Origin: Ignavibacteriota bacterium
GTDB lineage: Bacteria > Bacteroidota > Ignavibacteria > UBA10030
Direction: 5' to 3'
Assembly (NCBI GenBank): GCA_963790045.1
Contig: CAWBMS010000013.1
Coordinates: 19,085 to 83,084, forward strand
Length of the DNA: 64,000 nt
The notes beneath the pieces were generated by a model. The model saw only the letters and a list, made by a program, of their open reading frames with translations, had not been told where the DNA came from and made no database searches. The position numbers and the translations under genes are program-made. Below are positions 39,328 to 47,714 of this stretch, in pieces; the first letter of the stretch is position 1, and each line of letters opens with the position of its first letter.

Positions 39328-42072
39328 ATGATGCAAGAACTTTCAAAAATTTATACGCCAAAAGATGTGGAAGACAAATGGTATTCTTACTGGGAAGGCC
39401 ATAATCTTTTCCACGCCACCGTTCAAAAGAATAAAAACCCTTTCACCGTTGTCATTCCACCGCCGAACATCACCGGTATTTTGACGATGGGACATGTTTT
39501 GAACAATACATTGCAGGATGTATTCGTTCGATGGAAGCGCATGTCCGGCTACGAAGCATGCTGGATCCCCGGCACCGACCACGCAGGCATTGCAACACAG
39601 AACGCTGTAGAAAAATCTTTAGCAAAAGAAGGCAAGCACCGGTACGATCTTGGACGCGAAAAATTCGTCGATCTTGTCTGGGATTGGAGAAAAAAATACG
39701 GCAGCACCATTATTCATCAGCTTCGCAAGCTTGGCGTCTCGTGCGATTGGGAACGCGAACGCTTTACGATGGATGAAGGTTTGTCGGAAGCCGTGAAAGA
39801 AGTGTTCATCCGATTGTTCGATAAAGGATTGATCTATCGCGGTAAGTACATCGTCAACTGGTGCCCGCAGCATCAAACGGCATTAAGCGACGACGAAGTG
39901 GATCACGAAGAATCGAACGGCAATTTATATCACATTAAATATCCGATTCTCGGCACGAATGAATTTGCAATCGTTGCAACGACTCGTCCGGAAACGATGC
40001 TCGGCGATACGGCGCTATGCGTGCATCCGAAAGACGAACGCTACAAACATCTCATCGGCAAAACCGCCGTGCTTCCCATCGTTCACCGGCATCTGCCGAT
40101 TATCGCTGACGATTATATCGAACTCGGATTCGGCACGGGCATTATGAAAGTAACTCCCGCGCACGATGCCAACGACTTTATGCTCGGGCAGCGGCACGAT
40201 CTTCAGCAAATCAACATTTTAGATGAAGCCGGACATTTGAATACATCTGTTCCCGCACAATATCAGGGAATGGATCGTTTCGAGTGCCGCAAACAATTAG
40301 TAAAAGATTTAGAAGCCGCGGGTTTTCTGGAAAAGATCAAACCGTACGTCCACAACATCGGCAAATGTTATCGGTGTCACACAGTGATCGAACCATGGCT
40401 CTCCGATCAATGGTTTGTAAAAATGCGGCCGCTCGCAGGCCCTGCATTGCGCGTGGTGCACGAAGGTAAAATCAAATTCCATCCTGACCGCTGGACAAAA
40501 GTGTACGAGCACTGGATGACGAACATTCGTGATTGGTGCATCTCGCGGCAAATCTGGTGGGGACATCGCATTCCCGTCTATTATACACCGGACGGCGCTT
40601 ACACCGCCGCACGCAGCGAAGAAGAAGCACGCAAAAAACTTGGCATCGACGCAAGTGTGAAGATCACGCAGGACGAAGATGTGCTCGATACGTGGTTCTC
40701 ATCGTGGCTCTGGCCATTTTCGACGCTCGGCTGGCCAAATGACAATGAGGAATTGCATTACTTCAATCCAACCGATACGCTTGTCACCGCGCCGGATATT
40801 ATTTTCTTCTGGGTCGCGCGTATGGTGATGGCGAACATGGAATTTATGAAAGGCACGCCGGGCAAAGACGGCAAGCCACGAAAAAAAGATGACGATCTTG
40901 TGCCATTCCGCGATGTGTACTTCACCAGCATCATCCGCGATGAACAGGGACGCAAGATGAGCAAGTCGCTCGGCAATTCACCCGATCCGTTAGACGTGAT
41001 CGATCAATACGGCGCCGATGCACTGCGTTTCACAACGGCATATCTTGCACCGCTCGGACAGGATGTGATGTTCTCGACAGAGAAATGCGAACTTGGCAGA
41101 AACTTTGCCAACAAGATTTGGAACGCCGGAAGATTTTTATTAATGAACAAACAGGAAATTCTCGGCGAAAAAGAAATTTCGTTAGAGCAGCTTCCTTCCG
41201 ACTATCTCGATCTTGCCGACCGCTGGATTCTTTCACGTTTGAATCAGGCAGTCAAAACAATGAACGCCGCATTAGATGAATTTCAGGTGAACGAAGCAAC
41301 CAAATTGCTGTACGATTTTATCTGGCATGATTTCTGCGATTGGTATGTGGAACTTGCGAAGACGCGCTTCTACGGCGATGAACCGCAGGAAGTCAAGCAA
41401 GCAACCATCACGCGCGCGCTCTGGATATTCGATCAAGCGCTGCGGTTGCTGCATCCGGTGATGCCGTTTATTTCCGAAGAACTCTGGCAGCATCTCGCCG
41501 ACCGCAAAGAGCAATCGTTAATGCGCGCTGCATTCCCGGTCGTTGATGCGCATTACATCAATCCGGTCATTGAAGAAGAAGTCGGATTTATGATGAAGCT
41601 CATCGATGCCGTGCGCAACATCCGCGGCGAGTTGAACGTGCCGCCCAGCAAACAAATCGATGTATATATTTATTTGCATGGAGAGTTCGGCGAAAAACTT
41701 GCGAACAACGCCGGCTACATTAAAGGTTTGCTCGGCTACATCGAGCGATTGTGCAAAGCGAAAGCAATTCCAAGCTGGCTGCAGGACGGAGAGAAGCCGC
41801 AGCAACACAAAAATTCTGCAAGCGCAGTCGTAGCGGGAACAGAACTATTCGTTCCGCTCGAAGGCATTATCGATCTCGATGCAGAGCGCAAGCGATTGGA
41901 AAAAGAGATTGCCCGCGTGCAGGGATTGATCGACGGCATTGAACGAAAACTTTCCAATCCCAGTTTCATCGAGAAAGCGCCAAAGGAGGTTGTCGATAAA
42001 GAACGCGAAAAGCAGAAAAACATCGCGCTCAATTTGGAAAAGCTCAAGGCCAATCTTGCAGCGTGGAGTTAA
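39328..42072 (+). CDS. valS: valine--tRNA ligase
   Basis: PPPNITGILTMGH (HIGH), KMSKSLGN (KMSKS), C-terminal coiled coil. 914 aa from ATG 39328. Confidence 0.95.
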   Translation: MMQELSKIYTPKDVEDKWYSYWEGHNLFHATVQKNKNPFTVVIPPPNITGILTMGHVLNNTLQDVFVRWKRMSGYEACWIPGTDHAGIATQNAVEKSLAKEGKHRYDLGREKFVDLVWDWRKKYGSTIIHQLRKLGVSCDWERERFTMDEGLSEAVKEVFIRLFDKGLIYRGKYIVNWCPQHQTALSDDEVDHEESNGNLYHIKYPILGTNEFAIVATTRPETMLGDTALCVHPKDERYKHLIGKTAVLPIVHRHLPIIADDYIELGFGTGIMKVTPAHDANDFMLGQRHDLQQINILDEAGHLNTSVPAQYQGMDRFECRKQLVKDLEAAGFLEKIKPYVHNIGKCYRCHTVIEPWLSDQWFVKMRPLAGPALRVVHEGKIKFHPDRWTKVYEHWMTNIRDWCISRQIWWGHRIPVYYTPDGAYTAARSEEEARKKLGIDASVKITQDEDVLDTWFSSWLWPFSTLGWPNDNEELHYFNPTDTLVTAPDIIFFWVARMVMANMEFMKGTPGKDGKPRKKDDDLVPFRDVYFTSIIRDEQGRKMSKSLGNSPDPLDVIDQYGADALRFTTAYLAPLGQDVMFSTEKCELGRNFANKIWNAGRFLLMNKQEILGEKEISLEQLPSDYLDLADRWILSRLNQAVKTMNAALDEFQVNEATKLLYDFIWHDFCDWYVELAKTRFYGDEPQEVKQATITRALWIFDQALRLLHPVMPFISEELWQHLADRKEQSLMRAAFPVVDAHYINPVIEEEVGFMMKLIDAVRNIRGELNVPPSKQIDVYIYLHGEFGEKLANNAGYIKGLLGYIERLCKAKAIPSWLQDGEKPQQHKNSASAVVAGTELFVPLEGIIDLDAERKRLEKEIARVQGLIDGIERKLSNPSFIEKAPKEVVDKEREKQKNIALNLEKLKANLAAWS

Positions 42073-42126
42073 AGCAATCCATCGTAATAAGTTTTTGTAG
42101 CATTACAAAAACACGGTGACGTCACA

Positions 42127-42567
42127 TCATTCGCCCGTTGCTTTCGCCGCGGGTTCGATGCGGTAGGAATGCGTGATTGATGCACTTGCTGCAAGCTGCG
42201 CAGAGACCGAGCAATATTTTGTCCGCGATAACTCTATCGCACGTTCCACATCCTCCGGCTTGATTCCGTCGCCATAAAAGACATACTCGATGTGAATCGT
42301 TTTAAAAATTTTCGGATGATCTTCTGCCTCTTCGCCTTTTACATTGCATTCGTACGCAACCACAGGCGAGCGTTTCTTTTTCAATATCGGAATCACATCC
42401 ATCGAGGTACAGCCCGCAAGCGCTGCAAGCAGCAATTCCTTTGGCGTCGATGCGCCTTCGTGTCCGCCCGCTTCGCCTTTTGTGTCCATCACTATCCAGT
42501 GATTCGAACTCGCTTTTGCCGCAAACGTGTTTCCTTTGAGTTGCCGGAGAAAAATTTCTTTTGTCAT
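42127..42567 (-). CDS. OsmC family peroxiredoxin-like protein
   Basis: 146 aa; LLAALAGCTSMD and KYCSVS cysteine motifs. Confidence 0.85.
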   Translation of the reverse strand: MTKEIFLRQLKGNTFAAKASSNHWIVMDTKGEAGGHEGASTPKELLLAALAGCTSMDVIPILKKKRSPVVAYECNVKGEEAEDHPKIFKTIHIEYVFYGDGIKPEDVERAIELSRTKYCSVSAQLAASASITHSYRIEPAAKATGE

Positions 42568-42741
42568 AGAATCCTTTGCGATAATTTATTTTATCTGTAA
42601 AGTACTATCCCGCAGCACGAAGTGCAACGTTTGGTTGAAGATAAGATGCAGAGATATGGGAAAAGATTCAGCATTCAAGGAACCGATTCCATTGCTTCTT
42701 GCTCTGCCTCCTGCTATATTCTGTAAGAATGAAGGAACACC

Positions 42742-43686
42742 ATGAAAGCACAATCACTCACAATAACAACACCGCACGATTTTCACTTCTGGCGCACCGT
42801 GTACAGTCACGGCTGGAGTTCGCTACCGCCATTTCAGATCGATAAAGAGAACGAGGCGCTCATCAGAATTCTGGAATTATCCGATGGATCGCTCGTTCAC
42901 TGCTCCATCTCTTCTTCTGCGCCAACAAAACTCCGGCTTTCACTTCAAACAAAAAAACAATTGCACACGGATCAACAACAGGAAGTGAAGCAGCAGCTTC
43001 GTTCTTGCTTTCGGTTGGATGAAGATTACACGGAATTCTTTCGCTATGTCAAACGCTTCCCGCAATACCGCTGGATCGCCAAGTTGCACACGGGCAGATT
43101 GCTCTGCTCGCCGTTCGTGTTCGAAGATATTGTGAAGATGATCTGCACCACCAATTGCAGTTGGGCACTGACGGAAGTGATGGTGAATAATTTTACTCAA
43201 TCGCTCGGCAAAAAGTTCGATGGCGATCTCTACAGCTTCCCTTCGCCCGAAGCAATTGCCGGTACAACCGAAACATTCTTGCGCAAGAACATTCACGCCG
43301 GCTACCGCGCGCCCTTTCTGCTGGAATTTTCCGAAAAGGTTGCTTCGCATAAACTCGATGTCGAATCGTGGCGCACAGCAGATTTATCAACGGAAGAAAT
43401 GTACAAACAACTTCGTTCCATTAAAGGCGTAGGAGAATATGCCGCAAGCAACTTGCTGCGATTGCTCGGACACTACGACCGATTGGGATTGGATTCGTGG
43501 ACACGCGGGAAGTTTTATGAACTGCATCACAACGGCAGGAAGGTAAGCGACAAGACCATCGAAAAATATTATGCGACGTACAGGCAAGTGGCGCGGACTC
43601 ATCTTCTGGTTAGAGATGACGAAGCACTGGCTGAACCAGAAGTTTCCGTTTTAAATGATTTCGATATTCCATTACTCTCGTTTTAA
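42742..43686 (+). CDS. DNA-3-methyladenine glycosylase II (AlkA-like, HhH-GPD) family protein; C-terminus probably frame-shifted near 43588
   Basis: HhH motif LRSIKGVGEYAASNLL. Skipping g43588 gives QWRGLIFWLEMTKHW...*, with stop at 43652-43654. This resembles the AlkA C-terminal PWRSYALLHIW. Confidence 0.7.
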   Translation: MKAQSLTITTPHDFHFWRTVYSHGWSSLPPFQIDKENEALIRILELSDGSLVHCSISSSAPTKLRLSLQTKKQLHTDQQQEVKQQLRSCFRLDEDYTEFFRYVKRFPQYRWIAKLHTGRLLCSPFVFEDIVKMICTTNCSWALTEVMVNNFTQSLGKKFDGDLYSFPSPEAIAGTTETFLRKNIHAGYRAPFLLEFSEKVASHKLDVESWRTADLSTEEMYKQLRSIKGVGEYAASNLLRLLGHYDRLGLDSWTRGKFYELHHNGRKVSDKTIEKYYATYRQVARTHLLVRDDEALAEPEVSVLNDFDIPLLSF

Positions 43687-43726
43687 AAATCTCAGATTGT
43701 GTGAAAACTTGAAAAAATACGGTAGT

Positions 43727-43749
43727 CGAGGACTTTAGTCCTCGTTTTT
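43727..43749 (+). terminator. rho-independent terminator
   Basis: cgaggac-ttta-gtcctcg followed by TTTTT. Confidence 0.65.
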
Positions 43750-43803
43750 ATTTTGGACTTCATTGCTCAACGGGAAGTTACCCAGAAGAGCGCAACAACA
43801 AGA

Positions 43804-44076
43804 CTATTTTTTGTCAATTTTTAAATAAGCGCCAAACAATTTATTGGATACTTCGGATTGTGCACCAAACCATTCTGTAAGGATTTTAATATGATCCAAG
43901 GTTTCGTTTCGTTGTTTCTCGTCAACGGTTTTTTCAAAACGACGCGCATATATTTGTAAAGAACTTCCTTTTGAATATAATTCTCCCAAATAATCTTTTA
44001 TTTCGTCGCCAAACAAGAACTCATAATCTTTTGAGTTGTGTAGAAATTTTGTCAATATTTCATCAGAGAGATTCAT
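43804..44076 (-). CDS. hypothetical protein (AT-rich orphan, 90 aa)
   Basis: ORF only; no motif recognised. Lies about 195 nt downstream of array 2 on the same strand. Confidence 0.4.
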   Translation of the reverse strand: MNLSDEILTKFLHNSKDYEFLFGDEIKDYLGELYSKGSSLQIYARRFEKTVDEKQRNETLDHIKILTEWFGAQSEVSNKLFGAYLKIDKK

Positions 44077-44271
44077 AAAACCTGCGACTCTAATTGAAGA
44101 GATATAATCTTTTACTGAGAGAAAGACAGAATAACGTTTTTCATATAAATCGAGTCACCAGCGTAACTTCCATTTCGCCATTTCCCATATACATTTCCCC
44201 AAAAAGCGGCGGATACGGCATTTATGCACCATTTTGGCATTCTCCGTTAAATATATTGGTTTTTTCTGGGT

Positions 44272-44628
44272 ATTTATTCAGTCCGGCGGTCTATTTATGT
44301 CGTCCGTTGATATATAAATACCATCCGGCAGTGTTTAAATACGCTTCAAAAGCGCATTTATTCCTTTCGGATGAATAAAAATACCTTTCGGGAGAGTAAA
44401 AATACGTTTCGTTAGAGCATTTATTCCATTCGGCAGGGTATTTCTGTCGTCCGGCGTGGCATTTCACTCGTTCGGAAGAGCATTCCACTCGTCCGTTAGT
44501 CGATTTCAGTCATCCGGCGAAGCATTTCTCTCGTCCGTTAGTCCATTTCAATCGTCCGGCGGAGCATTCCACTCGTTCGCAAGAGCATTTGAATCGTCCG
44601 TAGGGACATTTTAACTGTCTCGTCCTGA
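44272..44628 (-). repeat. array 2: 17 tandem 21-nt units, same family as array 1 but on the opposite strand
   Basis: Plus-strand units run atttattcagtccggcggtct ... atttcactcgttcggaagagc / attccactcgtccgttagtcg / atttcagtcatccggcgaagc ... in exact 21-nt phase (17 x 21 = 357 nt). Their reverse complement reads NNNNNNCCGGACGANNGAAAT. Confidence 0.85.
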
Positions 44629-44690
44629 AAAAAGTTGACAGGTAAAATAGTGATTTATAAGTATTGGTTCATTATGATTGTTTCGTAATT

Positions 44691-45542
44691 TCATGCAGCG
44701 TATTTCATTTCAGGCGTCAGGAAGTTTAAACTCAGATGTGGCCGTTGGGTGTTATAGGTCTCTATGGCTTCCTTCACGGCTTGCTGGACAAAAGGCATAT
44801 CTGTAAATATTCCATCCAACAAAAACTCTGTCTTCAAAATTCCGTTCACACGTTCGGCAATGGCATTCTCATACGGATTGCCACACTCACCCATACTGAT
44901 TTGTATCTGATGCTTCTGTAACAACGAGATATAGGCATCACTGCAATATTGAATGCCGCGATCCGAATGATGAATCAATCCTGCCGAAGCAGGAACACCG
45001 GATAATGCCATCTTCATCGCGCGTAACGCACCTTCTAACGATAAACTCCGGCTCACATCATAGCCAACGATCTTGCGAGAATACACATCGGTGACCAAGG
45101 CAAGATAACAGAACCCTTCTCGCAACCGCAGATAGGTGATATTCGAGACAAAGACTTGATTGGGCCGGTCAATATCCAGTTCCCGTATTAAATTCTTATA
45201 CACACGAAAACGATGATGAGCGTTGGTGGTGAGAGCATACTTTTTCTTCCGTCTCACCAATAAGCCCTCGTTGCGCAGGATGTCAAAGAATTTATCCCGT
45301 CCGATGGACATTCCTTCAAGTGCGTGGATGCGTTCAGCTAACTTCCAATACAGCTTCTTCCCGCCAAGCTTCGGCATCCAGCGGCGTTGCTCTTGAACCA
45401 TCTGCACAATGCAATGGGTCGAGACCTCTTGCCGGATCTTCACGGCACGCTGCTGATACACCGCCTGACGGCTGATCCCAAACAATGCACACACCTGACT
45501 CATCCTATAATCTCCTTCGTGATACGCTCGTCGCTGGAACAT
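44691..45542 (-). CDS. IS3 transposase OrfB (DDE/rve integrase core)
   Basis: 283 aa; HSDRGIQY...ENAIAERVNGILKTE. The -1 frame is open back to the slippery site. Confidence 0.9.
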   Translation of the reverse strand: MFQRRAYHEGDYRMSQVCALFGISRQAVYQQRAVKIRQEVSTHCIVQMVQEQRRWMPKLGGKKLYWKLAERIHALEGMSIGRDKFFDILRNEGLLVRRKKKYALTTNAHHRFRVYKNLIRELDIDRPNQVFVSNITYLRLREGFCYLALVTDVYSRKIVGYDVSRSLSLEGALRAMKMALSGVPASAGLIHHSDRGIQYCSDAYISLLQKHQIQISMGECGNPYENAIAERVNGILKTEFLLDGIFTDMPFVQQAVKEAIETYNTQRPHLSLNFLTPEMKYAA

Positions 45543-45907
45543 ACGTTCGATGATCCGGTATCGGTCTTTTTTTTATCGCCGCTTCCGTATTTTTCTTCCA
45601 GCACCTCCACGGTTGTTTCCAACGCGATGATCTTGAGATGGGCTTGGGCTAAGGCCGATTCTAATGCTTTCTTTTCCTTCTCTAACGCTTTCAGTCTATC
45701 TTGTTCGTCTTTCATTTCTATCCGCACAACGCGGTTTAACAGGTGGTGCTTGCCAAGCTCTTCGATCCATCGTCGGATCGTCATTGTTCCATGAATATCG
45801 TAAAGCTTTCGTGCTCCTTCAATGCCTATCTGACCACTTTCTATTTCCTCCACTACTTTCCGCTTAAAAGCAGTGCTATAGCGATAGCACATCCGTTTCT
45901 GTTCCAT
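45500..45907 (-). CDS. IS3 transposase OrfA (HTH plus leucine zipper)
   Basis: 135 aa; YSTAFKRKVVEEIESG...; coiled-coil LKALEKEKKALE. The A AAA AAA G frameshift motif is at 45567-45574 (T8 on the plus strand). Confidence 0.85.
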   Translation of the reverse strand: MEQKRMCYRYSTAFKRKVVEEIESGQIGIEGARKLYDIHGTMTIRRWIEELGKHHLLNRVVRIEMKDEQDRLKALEKEKKALESALAQAHLKIIALETTVEVLEEKYGSGDKKKTDTGSSNVCSSDERITKEIIG

Positions 45908-46044
45908 TGGTTGACTCCGTTCTTGTCAACCTATAGCAGGACAAGACAAACTGCTTTGATCCTCGCTCCCCGTGTCCTTTTACTCGACTTTTTCGTAGCG
46001 AGCAAGCTCAGGACAAGCATCGGATTGGAATGACGAATTCCTTT

Positions 46045-46752
46045 TTACTCTTCTTCAACAGCACCACGGACGGCGCCGCCGATCAGAAGAACATATTCGC
46101 CTCGCGGTTGTTTCGATTTAATTTCGGTTAAAACGGATTCTGTTGTTCCGCGCAAAATTTCTTCGAACTTCTTCGTCAATTCCCTCGCAATAACTACCTG
46201 ACGGTTGCCGAGATATGTTTGAATATCTTCCAGCGTACGGATAATGCGGTGCGGCGATTCGTAAATCACGATTGTTCGCTGTTCTGTTTTCAACGATTCA
46301 AATTTTGTCTTTCTTCCTTTTTTCAAAGGAAGAAATCCTTCAAACACAAAACGGTCGGTCGGTAAACCGCTGACAACCAATGCAGAAAGTACCGCGCTTG
46401 CTCCAGGAATGGGTATAATCGGAATATTGTTCTCTAACGCTTGCCGAACAATATGAAATGCTGGATCGGAAATTCCCGGCGTACCGGCATCGGAAACAAC
46501 GGCAATGGATTGGCCGGCAAGTAATTTTTCAATGAGTTGTGGTGCACGCACCTGTTCATTGTAACTGTAATAACTGATCATCGGCTTGATGATATTGTAA
46601 TGATCCAGAAGAATTTTTGTCGTGCGCGTATCTTCTGCAGCAATCAAATCTACAGATGATAATACTTTCACTGCACGATAAGTAATATCTTCCAAATTGC
46701 CGATAGGTGTTGCAACAAGGTACAGCGTTCCCGCTTGTATTGATTCGCTCAT
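46045..46752 (-). CDS. rsmI: 16S rRNA (cytidine1402-2'-O)-methyltransferase
   Basis: GTLYLVATPIGNLEDITYRAVKVL...IAAEDTR. Confidence 0.9.
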   Translation of the reverse strand: MSESIQAGTLYLVATPIGNLEDITYRAVKVLSSVDLIAAEDTRTTKILLDHYNIIKPMISYYSYNEQVRAPQLIEKLLAGQSIAVVSDAGTPGISDPAFHIVRQALENNIPIIPIPGASAVLSALVVSGLPTDRFVFEGFLPLKKGRKTKFESLKTEQRTIVIYESPHRIIRTLEDIQTYLGNRQVVIARELTKKFEEILRGTTESVLTEIKSKQPRGEYVLLIGGAVRGAVEEE

Positions 46753-46758
46753 ACTTGA

Positions 46759-47604
46759 TTAGATTCCCCAATCACGCACATAGCGGAAATCAACATTCAC
46801 GGTGCGGTACGAAACTTTCGCAATTACCGGCGGGCGGCGCTTGAATTGATTGCGTTGGATCATTCCATGCACTTTTTTGATGAGTGTTAAATCGAATCCT
46901 TGCTTGAGCAATTCTTCATCCGGCTGGCGTTCATCGATCATTTCGTACAACAGTGCATCTAACTTTGCGTACGTAATGCCCATTTCCGTTTCGTCGGTCT
47001 GCCCTTCCCACAAATCTGCTGAAGGAGGTTTATCGATAATCGACTTTGGAACCTCTAATGCTTCTGCGATCTGCCAGATTTGTGATTTGTACAGATCGCC
47101 AATGGGATTGATTGCCGAAGCAAGATCGCCATGCTGCGTTCCGTAGCCGACAAGAATTTCGGTTTTGTTGCTCGTGCCGATCACTAATGCACGTTCGCGC
47201 GCAGAAAGATCATACAACACCACCATTCTCATCCGCGCCATCACATTGCCGCGGCGCAGAGAATCGGTGATTTTATTTTCGTCGCAGTATGCATCCACCA
47301 TTTTGGTAATCTCTACAACTTCAGAACGAATGCCGAATTTTTCAATCAAAAGCTTTGCATCGGTCAAGCTGTTGGCGCTGCTGGTACGGTACGGCATCAT
47401 CACGGCAAGAACATTTTCGTTGCCGAGTGCTTTCGCTGCAAGCGCCGCCGACACCGCGGAATCTACGCCGCCGGAAACACCGATGACCGCTTTTGTAAAT
47501 CCAGCCGCTGTAGTTTCATCGTGAATAAATCGTACCAGCAAATCGCGCACAAGATCTGCGTTCACTTTTAAGTCTGCTCTATTCGTTCGTCGAGATGTTT
47601 CCAT
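46759..47604 (-). CDS. nadE: ammonia-dependent NAD+ synthetase
   Basis: GVSGGVDSAV PP-loop; 281 aa. Confidence 0.9.
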   Translation of the reverse strand: METSRRTNRADLKVNADLVRDLLVRFIHDETTAAGFTKAVIGVSGGVDSAVSAALAAKALGNENVLAVMMPYRTSSANSLTDAKLLIEKFGIRSEVVEITKMVDAYCDENKITDSLRRGNVMARMRMVVLYDLSARERALVIGTSNKTEILVGYGTQHGDLASAINPIGDLYKSQIWQIAEALEVPKSIIDKPPSADLWEGQTDETEMGITYAKLDALLYEMIDERQPDEELLKQGFDLTLIKKVHGMIQRNQFKRRPPVIAKVSYRTVNVDFRYVRDWGI

Positions 47605-47618
47605 ATATTCTTTTTAAA

Positions 47619-47704
47619 GTCTCGAAAAGAGACAAAGTCATCCTGAGCCTGTCGAAGGATGACGATGCACACAAGGGTCAGTCTTCGACAAGCTCAGACT
47701 GACC
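47619..47704. repeat. three consecutive stem-loops (REP-like) in the purB-nadE spacer
   Basis: gtctc-gaaaa-gagac (47619-47633); gtcatcct...aggatgac (47637-47663); ggtcagtct...agactgacc (47676-47704). Confidence 0.55.
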
Positions 47705-47714
47705 GAATTTTGTA

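Larger units (their letters stand above)
44616..45948 (-). mobile_element. IS3-family insertion sequence, 1333 bp, apparently intact
   Basis: 27-nt imperfect terminal inverted repeats: TGTCTCGTCCTGAAAAAAGTTGACAGG (44616-44642) against the reverse complement of 45922-45948, TGTCTTGTCCTGCTATAGGTTGACAAG. TG...CA ends. 3-bp direct repeat AAC at 44613-44615 and 45949-45951. orfA/orfB with an A8 slippery run. Confidence 0.9.

Noticed and set aside
9385-44628. The two inverted arrays as the ends of a ~35-kb composite transposon or invertible segment.
   Set aside because: The intervening DNA is ordinary core genome (valS, tRNA-Pro, peptidases, helicase). The arrays are far too diverged (core motif only) to support homologous inversion or to be transposon ends.
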